Positions 38,296-51,974 of a DNA stretch of 64,000 bases are shown here, piece by piece. The translations under genes were made by a program, and so were the position numbers. Source of the stretch: Octopus vulgaris (lineage: Eukaryota); the NCBI GenBank assembly GCA_951406725.2, contig OX597826.1:46376001-46440000 (forward strand), written 5' to 3'. Each line of letters opens with the position of its first letter. Within the stretch, counting starts at the first letter, position 1. Below the pieces are notes generated by a model, which worked only from the letters and a program-made list of their open reading frames with translations, was not told where the DNA came from and did not search any database.

Positions 38296-38331
38296 CAGGA
38301 ATTAATGGCTCAGGTGCTAATACAAGTTGGC
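38296..38331 (-). CDS. Candidate 36-nt microexon (phase 1-1, QLVLAPEPLIP)
   Basis: Acceptor TTACTTACTATTAACAG, donor CTG/GTATGG, open and frame-preserving, in non-repetitive sequence. Confidence 0.35.
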
Positions 38332-38619
38332 CTGTTAATAGTAAGTAAATATTTTCTGAAGCTGATTAAATGGTGAAAAACAAAACATATGTCAAAGTTC
38401 AAAAGTTCTTCTGGGTCAAGAGTCAAATACTCTCTATTATAAATAGTTAAAAAAAAAAAAAACCCGAAATGATTGGTCATATGAAACTGTTTAAATATAT
38501 ATATATATATACCACAAAGGTGCACATGCAGACACACAGACACATAATATAAATATATTAATTGTAACATGAATAGTTAAGACTTATTTCTTAATATCAT
38601 GTATGTCTATCTATCTATC

Positions 38620-38794
38620 AATAGACAGACAGACAGACAGGTAGAGAGACAGATAGATATAGACACATATATATTGAGAGAGACAGACAGACAGACAGAG
38701 GGAAATAGATAGATAAAAATACATACATATATATATATTTATATATATATATATATATACAGAGAGATAGATAGATAGATAGATAGATAAATAA

Positions 38795-38829
<35 letters not shown>

Positions 38830-38830
38830 T
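38620..38830. repeat. (GATA)n/(GACA)n microsatellite
   Basis: Direct reading. Confidence 0.9.
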
Positions 38831-39209
38831 AGGAGTAACTGTAAGGATAAGCAAGTTTTCCTTACATTAATTTGCTTATCCTTACATTTACTCCACTACC
38901 AGCTCAAGTTTAAACCTCTTGAGTACTACTAAATGTATTTTATAAAGAGACGAATTCTCATCTAAGAAAGAAAGAATGGAAGAAGAAACAAACAAATATA
39001 TGTACATATATGCATTGGATTTTAAATAGCAAAAACAAGAAGTCTGGTCATATTAAGCTATTTAAATACATATAATATGCATATAATACATATAATATAC
39101 ACACACACACACGCACATATACATCATCATTATCGATATCCATATGCCCATATTCCATGCTGGCATAAGTTCACCAGTGGCATGGGTGTGTGTGTGTGTG
39201 TATCGTGGT

Positions 39210-40745
39210 CACCATCATCATCATTTAACATCTATTTTCCATGCTAGCATGGGTTGGACAAGGGCTGGCCAACCAGAGAGCTGTCCAGGTTCCATTTGTC
39301 TTCCTTGGCACGGTTTCTACAGCCAGATGCTCTTCCTAATGCCAACCACATTATAGAGTGCGCTGGGTGTATTTTATATGGCATCGGCACAGGTTCCTTT
39401 TACATGGCGCTCACATGAGTGCTCTTCATGTGGCATAGGCATGAGTGCTCAGCACATGGTGCTGACACAAGTGCTTTTTATGTGACGCCAGCATGGTATA
39501 TTGCCAAGAGTCTTGGTCACCTGTCACTGCCTCCATGAGGCCCAGCGCTTAAACAGTGCTTTTTACATGCCACTGGCATGGGGGCCTGTCAGATGGCACT
39601 GGCATTGGCCACAACTTTGATTTCCCTTAGTTCGATAGGTCTTCACAAATGTTTTTAACAGATCAATTATGTAACACTGGCATCGGCCATGACTACAATC
39701 ACACTTGGTTTGATGTCACTGCCTCCATGAAGCCCAACACACAAACGGTACTTTTTACATGTCACTGGCACAGGTGCCAGTCAGCTGGTACTAGCATTGG
39801 CCACAACTATAAAGTCACTCAGTTCGACATGTCTTCACAAGCACAGCACATCACCCAATGATTGAAGGGTGCTTTTAATGAGCCAGTTATGTGACACTGG
39901 CATCAGCCACAACCGTGATCTCACTTGGCTTGATGGGTCTTCTCAAGCACAGCATATCACCAAAGATCTTGGTCGCTTGTCATTGCCTCTGTGAGGACCC
40001 ACATTTTGAGATTGTGCTTCACCACTTCATCCCATGTCTTCCTGAGTCAACCTCTTCCACAGGTTCCCTCCACCGTTAGAGTGCAACACTTCTTCACACA
40101 GCTATCCTCATCCATACACATCACATGACGATATCAGCACAGTCTCTCATGCACACCACATCTGATGCTTCTTATGGCCAACTTTTCTCTCAGGACACTT
40201 ACACTCTGTCCTGCATGCACACTGATAATACACATCCAGCGGAACATACAAGTTTCCTTTCTTACAAGCCTATGCATGCCCTCAGCAGTCACAGCCCATG
40301 TTTCGATGCCGTGTAGCATGGCTGTTTGCACAGTCATATAGTCTGCCTGAGCAAGAAGCCCTTTGTTACCATCAGAAGTAGGAGCTCTCTGAACTTTGCC
40401 CAGCCAATTCTTATTTGAGCAGCTATGCTCTTAGAGCATCCACCCCTGCTACTGAATTGGTCACCTAGGTAACAGAAGCAATCAACTACTAGTTTTCCCC
40501 ACTGGCATATGATGCAAACTATTTTCTGTATATTTTTGGTGCTCATTGTATGTGTACATCTTCCACACACAAAAATTAACTTTCCTGTTAAACTTCCTCT
40601 GATATAGCTGCACCTATTATGTTTCTATAGCTTACACTGGGTACATCTTAGGGAGTTTCGACCTCCACCTTTTCTACAGATCAAGCAGGGCCATCTACCC
40701 GAAGGGATTTGGGATTTGTCCGCCTTCTTACTTACTAAGATTTAG
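39210..40745 (-). mobile_element. 5'-truncated RTE-clade LINE (ORF C-terminus, long 3' UTR, (ATG)n tail)
   Basis: FCYLGD...IGWAKFRELL; TAMLHGIETWAVTAEGMHRL...MFRWMC...LREKL; continues into the UTR shared with the many short copies. Confidence 0.9.
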
Positions 40746-40939
40746 CCATGAAATATCTTCCATCTCCAAAGATGAAGTCAACAGTTCAAAAATTTATAGT
40801 TTCTGTTATGAATAATAGATTATGGCAATCAGAAATATCAACCCACTCAATGTCAATGACTGGAAGGTACTTGGCCCAGTGATTAGGATGTTGCAACCAC
40901 AATCTTGCAATCCTGAATTAACTATTCTTTTATTCCTTT

Positions 40940-41254
40940 CGTCAAACAAATCGACCCCAGGACTTATTCCTTGTAAGTCTAGTACTTATTCTATTGGTGT
41001 CTTTTGCCAAACCGCTGAGTTACAGGAACATAAACACATCAACATCAGTTGTTCAGCAATAGTGGGGGAAGACACACACACACACACATACGACAGGATT
41101 CTACACTTTCCGTATACAAAATCCACTCACAAGGCTTTGGTCGGCCCGAGGCTATAGTAGAAGACACTTGCCCAAGGTGCCATACAGTGGGACTGAACCC
41201 AGAGGCATGTGGTTGGTAAGCAAGCTACTTACTACACAGCCATGCCTGCGCCTA
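40940..41254 (-). mobile_element. SINE family A
   Basis: Matches the family. Confidence 0.85.
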
Positions 41255-43368
41255 TGAAAATAAAAGAGAAATTAATGGAGTAAATAATATTTTTACTCCA
41301 GCCTCAGGCCAAAATCATATTTTGGACAGGATTGTTTGAAGGTATCAGAACAAAATCCCACCAAACAAAGCTGTTATTGTTCTAATCAATAATAAATATT
41401 TGAACTTTTTTTTCTTATAAAATTTCACTTTCATAAAATATTTTTATTGTGTAAAGAAAGAACAATATCCAAGGGGATATTCACTGCTGCAGGATTTTGT
41501 TGGGGGAGGTGTCCTAGTACCTTGTCTGAGTCTCAATTCTTCAAGCAGATGCAACCAAGATATCTTGCAATGATGCACCAGAAATCTTTGTCTCCTCTTA
41601 GTTTTGGTGGTAATGAAAGTTAGGATCACTTATGGTGAACTCAGAGTGAACTACTTTAAATAGTTTTCTCTGGTGCACTGTGGTTTCTAGCATCGTGGTG
41701 CCCCTACATCACAGGAATAATGTGTGGTGTTGGGCAATAGATTAAGTTCTCAATGAGATTAGAGTGTGGCACTCATGGTCACAAGACCATGGTTTCATTT
41801 CCTGGGACTGGGAGCTGTGCTGTATCCTTGAACAAAACACACCATTTCACCCTGCAGTGGACTGGCACCCCATACAGTGAGAACATTATGATTTCAATCG
41901 CTTATACTGAAGGAAGCGGGAACTACCCAATGAGTTCCAGGACTCAAGACAGTAATGTCCAGAGGGTTCATAATGATGAGGATGAAATGTCAAGGAATGG
42001 ATTGGCCATCTAACAGCACATAGCAGAAAAATCAAGCAGTATGATCAAACCAGAATTGAACCGTACTGTCAAATTCCGTGTACCAAAGTTCAAAACAAAA
42101 AAAATCTTCTACAAAATCTTGGCAAACAACTGACGAACATTCGCAATCTATCACTTTATAAGTTACAAAAGATTTACCATTCTTAACACACAAAAAACTA
42201 AAAAAAAGAAAACATTTGAGATTACAAGGTTTCTCTGTTTATTGAATTATAATGAATACATTCAAATATAGCAAATGGCAAAATAAATACCCATGACACA
42301 TTAACGAAGCAATATAGGAGATAAAATTTGGTCAGAAAGAAGAAGAATAGTGTGGTGTGAACAAATATTACAATTAACTGACAATGGTGTGTCTTAGAAT
42401 AAATTGAGATTTCACAAAGAGACACAAATAACAAATACTAGAAAGGCATAAGCAAATCGGGAAGTGATGGTAATATTCTATTTTATGTAGAAATTTTGAG
42501 AGGGTTTTCTTTTATTTGTATTTTGGGTTTCTTTTTGTTTATATTTTTCGTTTTGTTTTGGGGTTTTTTTTTCACATTTATAAATTGCCTTTGAAGTGTA
42601 TTAATTTATTGTGACAGTAAGAACACAAATACATATATATATATAAACACATATAAAATAATAATGTCTCAATTATGTATATAATAAAGTGTGTGTATAA
42701 ATATATATATATATAACATTATATATATGTAAACATACATATACACACATATATGTTATTTTTATACATACACACACACATATATATATATATACATACA
42801 CAGACACACATAATATACATATATTCAAGCATATTCATATTTACATAAATGTATACACACACACAGATACACATCACACACAAACATATGCAGAAGTATA
42901 TATATATAAATATATAACACTTCATTTAATAAGACTTACATTATCTCCTTCATATTTAGCAATCTATATTTATCTTTTTGTTTTGTTTTGTTTGTTTTTT
43001 TTCCTTAATACCAAAAAAAAATTTAAGCTTAAAAAATTTACTTAGAAGAGGATAAGAAATAAAACAAAAATTCAATCACTTCACATAAGTCTTTTTTTCG
43101 CTTATATATTATAATAAAGCAAGAATGTAGTTATTTTGGGTTTTTTCTTTTATGTCACATAAATGAAGATACATCGCCGTGTGCTTAAGAGTGTTCAGCT
43201 CACAAAGGCACGGTCATGAATTCAATTCCTGAACCAGAAATACCCTCGATCTTTGGCTGGATGAATGGTGAGAGTGCCAGAGGGTATCACTTTGCAACTG
43301 CATAGGAACATAAAACAATCAGAAGAAAACATAAGGAAAGCATAATTTAGGGTAGCAAACTGTAGAAA

Positions 43369-43571
43369 GAGGGTGTTTAAAAGTTCTTGGCTTTGGGTAA
43401 AAGAAAATACAGGAGAGTCAGTTGATTTTATTCAACTTATTCTCCTCTCAGATTTGTTTATCACAGCGATCCTTCAGTTATGCTAAGCTCTGTGAAAGAA
43501 CTTGGAAGGTTGGGCCTCCAGCAAGGCCTTTCGCGATACCCTTAAAACCAAGAACTTTTCAGCAATCCTTC
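43369..43571. mobile_element. Mariner-like MITE, decayed
   Basis: Imperfect TIR around AAAAGTTCTTGG / CCAAGAACTTTT. Confidence 0.6.
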
Positions 43572-43589
43572 ATAATTATCCACATTTAG

Positions 43590-43863
43590 AGGTCATAGCT
43601 CAATACTGACGTGATTAGTATGCCAGAGGATAGAATTGCAAAATAGTCCCTTCAAGTCAAACCAATTACCAAGAGACCAAAAGGTAGATCAAGAACAAGA
43701 TGGTTGGATAATATCCACAGTCTCACTTGGTCATGGTTGGGAACCCAGCTGGAAAGTGTAATGATGGTTCCTTCTGACAGGACCCAATGAAGGAGGTGCC
43801 TGAGGATACTAGCCTCACAACCATCCCAAGAATATTAGGTGGGAAAAATGGATGAATGGATGA
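43590..43863 (+). mobile_element. RTE-clade LINE 3' fragment with (GGAT)n tail
   Basis: KRPKGRSRTRWLDNI; homologous to 9100-9375. Confidence 0.7.
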
Positions 43864-44121
43864 TCAGATATCCAGAAAATTTAGCTGTCTGGAAACATTC
43901 TGGCCCCAGTGGTGCTGGACAGGAGAGAATTTACTGCAGACTGAAAGAACCTCTCCAGTGAAAAACAATTCAACAATACTAAATGCATTTAGATAGCAAG
44001 CTGGCAGAATCGGTAACCTAGTTAGCACACTGGGCAAAATGCTTAGAGGCATTTTATCCATCTTTATATTCTGATTTCAAATTCCAATGAGGTTGACACA
44101 CACATTCATACAAACACTTAT

Positions 44122-44640
44122 ATCATCATCATCGTTTAATGTCTGCTTTCCATGCTAGCATGGGTTGGGCAATTTGACTGAGGGCTGGCGAATCAGATGG
44201 CTGCACCAGACTCAAATCTTGATCTGGCAGTTTCTACAGCTGGATGCTCTTCCTAACGCCAACCACTCCGAGAGTGCAGTGGGTGCTTTTACGTGCCACC
44301 GGCACGGAGGGCAGTCAGGTGGTACTGGCAACGACCTCGCTCAAATCTTTTTTACACATGCCACCGGCACAGGTGCCAGTAAGGCGATGCTGGTAATGAT
44401 CATGCTCGAATGGCACCTTTTACGTTCCACCGGCAACAATCATGCTCGGATGGTGCTCTTAGCACCCTACTAGCATGGGGCCCAAGTGCCAGTAAGGCGA
44501 TGCTGGTAATGATCACACTCGAATGGTGCTTTTTATGTGCCACTGGCACGGAGGCCGGTTAGCCACTCTGTCAACGATCCCACTTGGATGGTGCTCTTTG
44601 CACCCCACTAGCACGGATGCCAGTCATCGAATTTGATTTT
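44122..44640 (-). mobile_element. RTE LINE 3' UTR fragment with internal tandem units
   Basis: Repeated GTGCCAGTAAGGCGATGCTGGTAATGATCA and TTTTACGTGCCAC units. Confidence 0.85.
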
Positions 44641-46080
44641 GACTTCAAATTATATGTATACACATATGATTATTTGTATGGATATGTGCATGAATGTATG
44701 CATATAAATATATACACATGTGTGTGCATGGGAGCGTGTGTGTATATATGGGTGCTGATGTGTACATATGTGTACAAATCAGCATGAATGCTGACATTCC
44801 ACACTTGTCAGCACGTAACCAAAACAGTGCTGATGCTGACACTCCTTGCTGACATGACCAGATGCTCTCAGAATCTTGCAGAATAAAAAGGCAGTAACTT
44901 ATTTGAAAAACGAATAGGGTTGATGACAGGAAAAGCATCCAGCCATAAAAACCTGCCGCAAATAAAATCCCATGGAAAAACAAACGGATGGACAAAATAC
45001 AGAATACTGAACTTTAAGTGGATTCGAAACTTCAGCATAAGCTTTACATTGAACAATAAATAATTACTACTATTGCAAAATAGGGAAGAAAAAGAAAACA
45101 AATAACAAACAACCAAATACGTAAACTATTCTATAAAATAGAGAAGAGTCGGAGAAAGGGAGATGATATGTCGTGTGAAGGATCCAGAGAATAAAGATAT
45201 ATTTCTTTAATGTTTCTATATAAAAAGCCTTACACAAGGAGATAGATACATGCCTAGAAAACATTAAACTCAGAAGAGAACAGAAGACAGAGCAGAGAAG
45301 AGAGATTTATTCAAAGACACAGTGTAAGTTCCAGATCTATAGATTATCATCGGAAGTTTCCTTAAAAATGCGTAAAATGTTTTCGCATGTCTTACACAAC
45401 GCAGCTATCATCTTTGATATCGATGATAATAACAAACAAGAGCATGTTCATTTAGTTTTCTTTCACTTATTTTCTCTATACCATATATTTTCACTGAAGA
45501 AATAATATAGAGATGATAATAAATTTGCTATACAATGATTTTGTCATACAAAATTCTGTTAACCATTTCTGATACAGAAACAGATAGAAACAGATGCAGA
45601 AAATAAAAAAAAAAAAAAGAAGAAAAAAAAAAACTAACCTCGCTGTTATATTACATACAACATACACTTGACTTCTGTCATCATAGTTTATATACAAGAA
45701 GTCAAACGATAATTGTGTTCTTCAGAAAAAAAAGTAAGATTCACTCTCACAATAAGTTTAGTTTTCTCATACAGATTCAGATATCATTGTAACAACAGTA
45801 CTCTTACAAAACATTAATTTGATCACAATAATTTACAAAATGAACACTGACATAGCCAGCTTCCAGGAAACTTAACTTTACTATGTTGGTTCAAACAGGA
45901 AATTGATGACATAAACAGTTAAATAAATAGTCAAGAGTTAAATACTTCTTTTTAAATAATTTGCTGTTCTCACTTCTAACTGTTAACCATATTACTTGAT
46001 TTAGTGTGACAACTTTGAGTATCTACTGAAATCTAATAAAAATAGATAAAGCATCTTGTGCGGGTGCCAGAATAACTGTG

Positions 46081-46285
46081 TCATCATCATCATCATCATC
46101 ATCATTTAGCGTCCGTTTTCCATGCTAGCATGGGTTGGACGGTTCTGCTGGGGTCTGTGAAGCCAGAAGGCTTCATCAGGCCCAGTCAAATCTGGCAGTG
46201 TTTCTACGGCTGGATGCCCTTCCTAACGCCAACCACTCCGTGAGTGTAGTGGGTGCTTTTTACGTGCCACCCGCACTGGTGCCAG
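46081..46285 (-). mobile_element. RTE LINE 3' UTR fragment
   Basis: (CAT)n tail plus family motifs. Confidence 0.85.
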
Positions 46286-46609
46286 CCAGAGCTGAATATT
46301 CCCTAACTATTGTAGATGCAGGCATGGCTACGTGGTTAAGAAGCTTGGGTCCCAACCATGTGGTCTTAAGTTCAGTTCCACTGTACTGCACCTTGGGCAA
46401 GCATTTTTTTTAGATTGCAGCCATGCTGGGGCACTGCCATAAAGAATTTTAGTCAAACGAATTAACCCCAGCACTTATTATTTTTATAAAGCCTGCTACT
46501 CATCTTATTGGTCTCTTTTGCTGAACTGCTACATAACAGGATGTAAATACATTGATACTAGTTGTTAAGTGGTGTAGGGGGACAAATACATACACAAAGA
46601 CACACAGAC

Positions 46610-46657
<48 letters not shown>

Positions 46658-47310
46658 TGTTTGTTTATGATTTTGTTGACTATACAGTATAGTAGGGTCA
46701 GTTGGGCGTCATCTTTCTTCTCTTCACTCCTACCCACCTTCTCCTTCCTCCCTTCATCGTCAACCCTCCCTTCAGTGGGACTGAACCCAGAACCATGTGG
46801 TTGGTAAGCAGGCTTCTTACCACACAGCAGCTCCTGTGCCTATTAAACTTTTATAAGGGAAAAGTTGACAATGACTTCAAAAGTCCAGATTTCCCAATCA
46901 GGTTGACCAAGACCCAGACATACTTGAATAAAACCCTTGATGGAGTTGACAAGGCATGGCCTGGGTCCAATGCCTAAAACTAGTAAAATAATGAAAGAAT
47001 AAACAAATTATAAAATTTCTTTTCTTAGACCCAAACGGACATAGTTGAGAGGAATCTATAAAGATTCTTGAAAAATCTGTTAAACATGACTGACTCTAGT
47101 AATGGACTCACCAACAAAAGTTAAATAAACATGATTCACAAACAGAAGTTAAATAATCATTACAAAGATCAGCAAGATTTTATTTTATTTTATTTTTATA
47201 GCATAGGTCCAAGCATGGCTGTGTGGTAAAAGGCTTTCCAACTACATTGTACCAGGTTCAGTCTCACTGAAAGAATCCCATTGCGTACATAAATATATAT
47301 ATATATATAT

Positions 47311-48030
47311 CATCATCGTCATTTAACATACGCTTTCCATGCTGGCATGGGTTGGACAGTTTGACTGAGGACTGGCGAGCCAGCAGGCTGCATCAGGCTC
47401 CAATCTGATCTGGCAAAGTTTCTACAGCTGGATACCCTTCCTAATGCCAACCACTCCGAGAGTGTAGTGGATGCTTTTACGTGCCACTGGTATGAGGGCC
47501 AGGCAGGTGGTACTGGCAACAACCATGCTCAAATGGTGCTTTTTACGTGCCACCTGCACAGGAGCCAGTCCAGCGGCACTGGCAATGACCACGCTCGAAT
47601 GCTGTTTTCCATGTGCTAGTAAGGCAGCACTGGCAACGATCATGCTTGAATGGTGCTTTTTACATGCCACCAGCACGGGAGCCAGTCAGCGGCCCTGAAA
47701 CCGATCACACTCGGATGGTGCTTTTAATGTTCCACTGGCACAGGTGCCAATCAGACAGTACTGTCAGCGATTTTGATTTCACTTGCCTCAACAGGTCTTT
47801 GCAAGCAAAGTTTATTGTCTACTGAATGAAGAATATGCATAAGTGGGCTGGTTATACACCAGTCATAGGCCACAAGTTGTGGTCTCACTTGGCTTGCCGA
47901 ATCTTCCCAAGTACAACATATCTCCAAAGGTCTTGGTCACCAGTCATTGCCTCGGTGAGACCCAATGTTCGAAGGTTGTGCCTCACCACTTCATCCCAGG
48001 TCTTCCTGGGTCTACTTCTTCCACAGGTTC
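47311..48030 (-). mobile_element. 5'-truncated RTE LINE (last codons plus complete 3' UTR)
   Basis: Minus-strand translation TCGRSRPRKTWDEVVRHNLRTLGLTEAMTGDQDLWRYVVL, followed by UTR and (ATG)n tail. Confidence 0.88.
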
Positions 48031-49689
48031 GTCAACTGCTAGGATATAACACTTTTTCACACAGCTTCACTGAAACTATATATATATATATATATATATA
48101 TTTAAAATCTAGGGTATAAAAATAGCATACTCTGAGGGAACTAAAAGATGTAGAGTAAACCAAGGGTAGTGTAATCCAGTGTAAGGAAAACCCTTCACCT
48201 TTTTTTTTCTTTTTTCCAATGCAATTGAGGGAGATTTGGAAGCTACTTCTAGTCATGTAGAGGCTCCCACATATACATACATGTCCTTTTGACATTTGTT
48301 GTTTTTGTTTTTATAATACGCTGCAGTACATTGGAGCTTGTCCAGAAGAGCTTTTCCATAGCTTTTCTGATTTGTCTTAAGTGAAATCTCCCACTGTCTC
48401 TGATATAAATGTGTGTGAGTGTGTGTGTGTGTGTGGACAATAGATAAAGAGGCTTTTTCCCTAGTGGAAATATGAGTGTGTGTGTGGTAATTTGTTACAA
48501 CACTGATTTTGCAGATAAACAAAAAAAAAAGAAAGAAAGAATTCAGAAACCATAACAAAAGACTTTTTCTCCATTTAGGAGGACAATGAAAATAGCAGGA
48601 GTCATGGAATGAAAGAGAAAGAGAGAGAAGAGGAGAAGTGAGAGAGAGAGAGAGAGAGATTTTTAGTAGTGTGTCTTGGAAAAGGAAAGGGAGTCACACC
48701 CCAAAAATGTGAAAAGGGGAATTCTTATTGAGAAAATGGGTTTTGTCTTTTAATTTTGTCTCATTTTTGCTTGTTTGTTGTTTGAAGAATATCTGTTAGT
48801 TTCATTAGCCCTTGTGTTTCTGTGGTAGGTTTGTGGCTATGTATATATCAAGACAACTCTACAGAGAAGAAAGGGTTTCAAAGAAAACATTAAAAAAAAA
48901 CAAAAAAAAAAACAGACACCCCTATAACCCCACATTGAATTCTCCTAAACCTATTCTTTAGTTTGCAGAGAAAGAGGGGGGGGGTATTGTGTTGTTGTCA
49001 TTATTGTTGCTGTTGTTGTTTTTGGTATTGTCTTAAAGAACGTCAAATATTTCTTGTGCCACACAAAACAATTAAAAAAAAAAGGACAAAACAAGAGTTT
49101 GACACAAATTTATTCCAAGAAACAAAAAATGAGAACTTTTGTTTCATGTTGAATTGTTAAGTAGGTTCAATACCACTTGGGATTTCATTCACATCACTCA
49201 GCTGTCCAGCGTTTGCTTACAACTTGGAGCTAATACAGAGAACCTAGACATTTTCTATTCACAAACAAGGAGACAAAACATAATTAGATTAAACATACTG
49301 TCATAAAAAATATGTATATAACCAAAAGCAAACATGCACAAACATTTATATACACACAGTGCATGTGTATGTGTGAATGTGTATATGAAAATGTCTATAT
49401 TATAATATAATGTATATATTTGAAAAAGGTTTTCTTGAATTAAAAATTATTAGTTAATTAAAAAAAATTCTTAAAAGGTGGTAAAATGCACATTGAAAAG
49501 CTGAAAGCAGCAAAAAGTGCTTACACAAAAGCTTCCTTCCATAATGTCTATGTTAGTCGTTTTTTTAATGATTTGTTATATGACTAACAAGTTTTGTATT
49601 TAAGAAATTATTTTTACCAAATACCGTGACACAATCAAGAAATTTTTCTGAAATTTTATGTAATATATCAAATGGAATTGTAGTTACGA

Positions 49690-50010
49690 CACCTGTGCCG
49701 GTGGCACGTAAAAAGCACCATCCGAACGTGGCCGATGCCAGCGCCGCCTTGACTGGCTTCTGTGCCGGTGGCACGTAAAAGGCACCAACCGTTCGTGGCC
49801 GATGCCAGCCTCCCCTGGCACCTGTGCCGGTGGCACGTAAAAGGCACCCACTACACTCACGGAGTGGTTGGTGTCAGGAAGGGCATCCAGCTGTAGAAAC
49901 TCTGCCAGATCAGACAGGAGCCTGGTGCAGCCTCCTGGCTTCCCAGACCTCGGTCGAACCATCCAACCCATGCTAGCATGGAAAACGGACGTTAAACGAT
50001 GATGATGATG
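49690..50010 (+). mobile_element. RTE LINE 3' UTR fragment, young, three tandem units
   Basis: TGTGCCGGTGGCACGTAAAA three times; (ATG)n tail. Confidence 0.88.
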
Positions 50011-50026
50011 ATAGAATAATTATTAA

Positions 50027-50408
50027 TAGGTGCAGGCATGGCTGGTAAGAAGTTTGCTTCCCAACCACAAGGTTCCGGATTTAGTCCTACTGCATGGCAC
50101 CTCAAGCAAGTGTCTTTAACTATAGCTCCAGGCTGACAAAAGCCTTTGTGAGTGGATTAGATAGAAACTAAAAGAAGCTTGTTGTGTATATACATATGTA
50201 TGTGTGTGCATGTGTCTTGGTGTTTGCTTCCACTCCACTGTTTGTTATCTGGTGCTGGTTTGTTCACATCTCCACAACTTAGAGGGTTGGCAAAAAGAAG
50301 CCAATGAAATAAGAACCAAGCCTAGAAAAAATAAGTAATAGGTGATTTGCTCAACTAGACCCTTCAGAGTGTGTGCACCAGCATGGCCAAGGTCTAATGA
50401 CCGAAACA
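50027..50408 (+). mobile_element. SINE family A, diverged
   Basis: Recognisable head and tail. Confidence 0.8.
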
Positions 50409-50589
50409 ATGTGTGTGTGTGTGTGTGTCTGATGGCTATTAGCTCGTGCAAAATTTCTAGTTCCAATAAGGCTGACAAAACACCACATGTATAACAAGAT
50501 AATATATACATACACATATATACATACATATACATATATACATAACATATACATACACATACTACTCCTGGAATCTCATTGGTTGCGAC

Positions 50590-50875
50590 AATCAGGGTGC
50601 CAGTTGATCTGATCAACGAAACGGACTTGCTCGTGAAATTAACGTGCATGTGGCTGAGCGTTCCACAAACATGTGAACCCTTAATGTAGTTCTCAGGGGG
50701 ATTCAGCATGACACAGGGTGTGACAAGGCTGGCCCATTGAAATACAGGTACAACTCATTTTTACCAGCTGAGTGGATTGGAGCAATGTGAAATAAAGTGT
50801 CTTGCTCAAGGACATCAGGAATTCAACTCGAAACCTTGCAATCGTGAGCTGAATACTCTCACCACTAAGTCACGA
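50590..50875 (-). mobile_element. SINE family B
   Basis: Shares 3' body with 6722-7080; tRNA-like head. Confidence 0.8.
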
Positions 50876-50952
50876 GTCTTCACACACACACAACAAGATC
50901 AGACAGGCAGATAGATTAGATACATATAGATTAGATAGATAGATAGATAGAT

Positions 50953-51718
50953 ATCTTTCTTTATTGGCCACACAGGGCTGAACACAGAGGGGACAAATAC
51001 AAATGTAGAACTTTTCTTTTCGAAAATGAAAAAAAAGGGGGAAAATAAGAAAAAAAAGTAAAATTCCGACCAAAAGGGATCGGGAAAAAAAAAACAATCA
51101 GAAGGGATCGTGTATCATAGAAGAATTTTAAAGATGTAAAAAGTAAGATTATGTTTATCTGTGGAATGAAAAGCCTACGGAAAAGACCATGGTAACCTCA
51201 GGAATGGAGGGAATAAACACATAAGAGCAAAGTGCTCTCTCTCTTTTCGATTTACAGGATCATGCTCAAAGTGGTTTCATCACTTGCATGCACCATTTTG
51301 CTACATTCACCCACCTTTTTTTGAAACTTTCACGAGACAAAACCTGCCTCTCCATTCTCACCTTCCTTTTCAAGTGGTACTTGAAAAAGTTGAGCGACTG
51401 GCCAGAGAGGTAAGTGTTTGTCTCTAATCCTTTTGCTCAAGTCCATCACACACATTCTTTTACCATGGCCACCAGTACAATGAAGACTGCTTTGCCTTCC
51501 CAGTTGAGGGAAGGTGGCAGAGCAATCGATACAATAGACTCAGCCAACAAGCGGACTCATCCTACACGTGAGAGCAGCTGTTCGGCATAAGCCCACAGGT
51601 CCAAAATGGTTGGACACTGCACGAGTGCATGCAGAATGGCTTCATCGCTCTGACTGCATCTTGGACAAGTCGATCTGGTGTGTCTCGAACTGTGCCTGTA
51701 GAGCTTATCCCAAATGGG
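50953..51718 (-). mobile_element. Tx1/L1-clade LINE 3' relic embedded in a (TAGA)n microsatellite
   Basis: Minus strand WDKLYRH...CPRCSQSDEAILHALVQCP..LDLW (C-x2-C-x8-H-x4-C); 3' end CCAATAAAGAAAG joins (ATCT)n; GATA repeats on both flanks. Confidence 0.82.
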
Positions 51719-51923
51719 ATAAATTGATAGATTAGATAAGATTGATAGATTAGCTTAGATCGATAGATTAACTTAGATCAATAGATAGATAGATTAGATT
51801 AGATTAGATAGATTACATGATAGATAGATAGACAGAGAGATAGATAGATAGATAGATAGATATGCACAAACATACAGAGATACATATATAACTTACCAGT
51901 TTCAACATATTTAAATTTTACCA

Positions 51924-51974
<51 letters not shown>

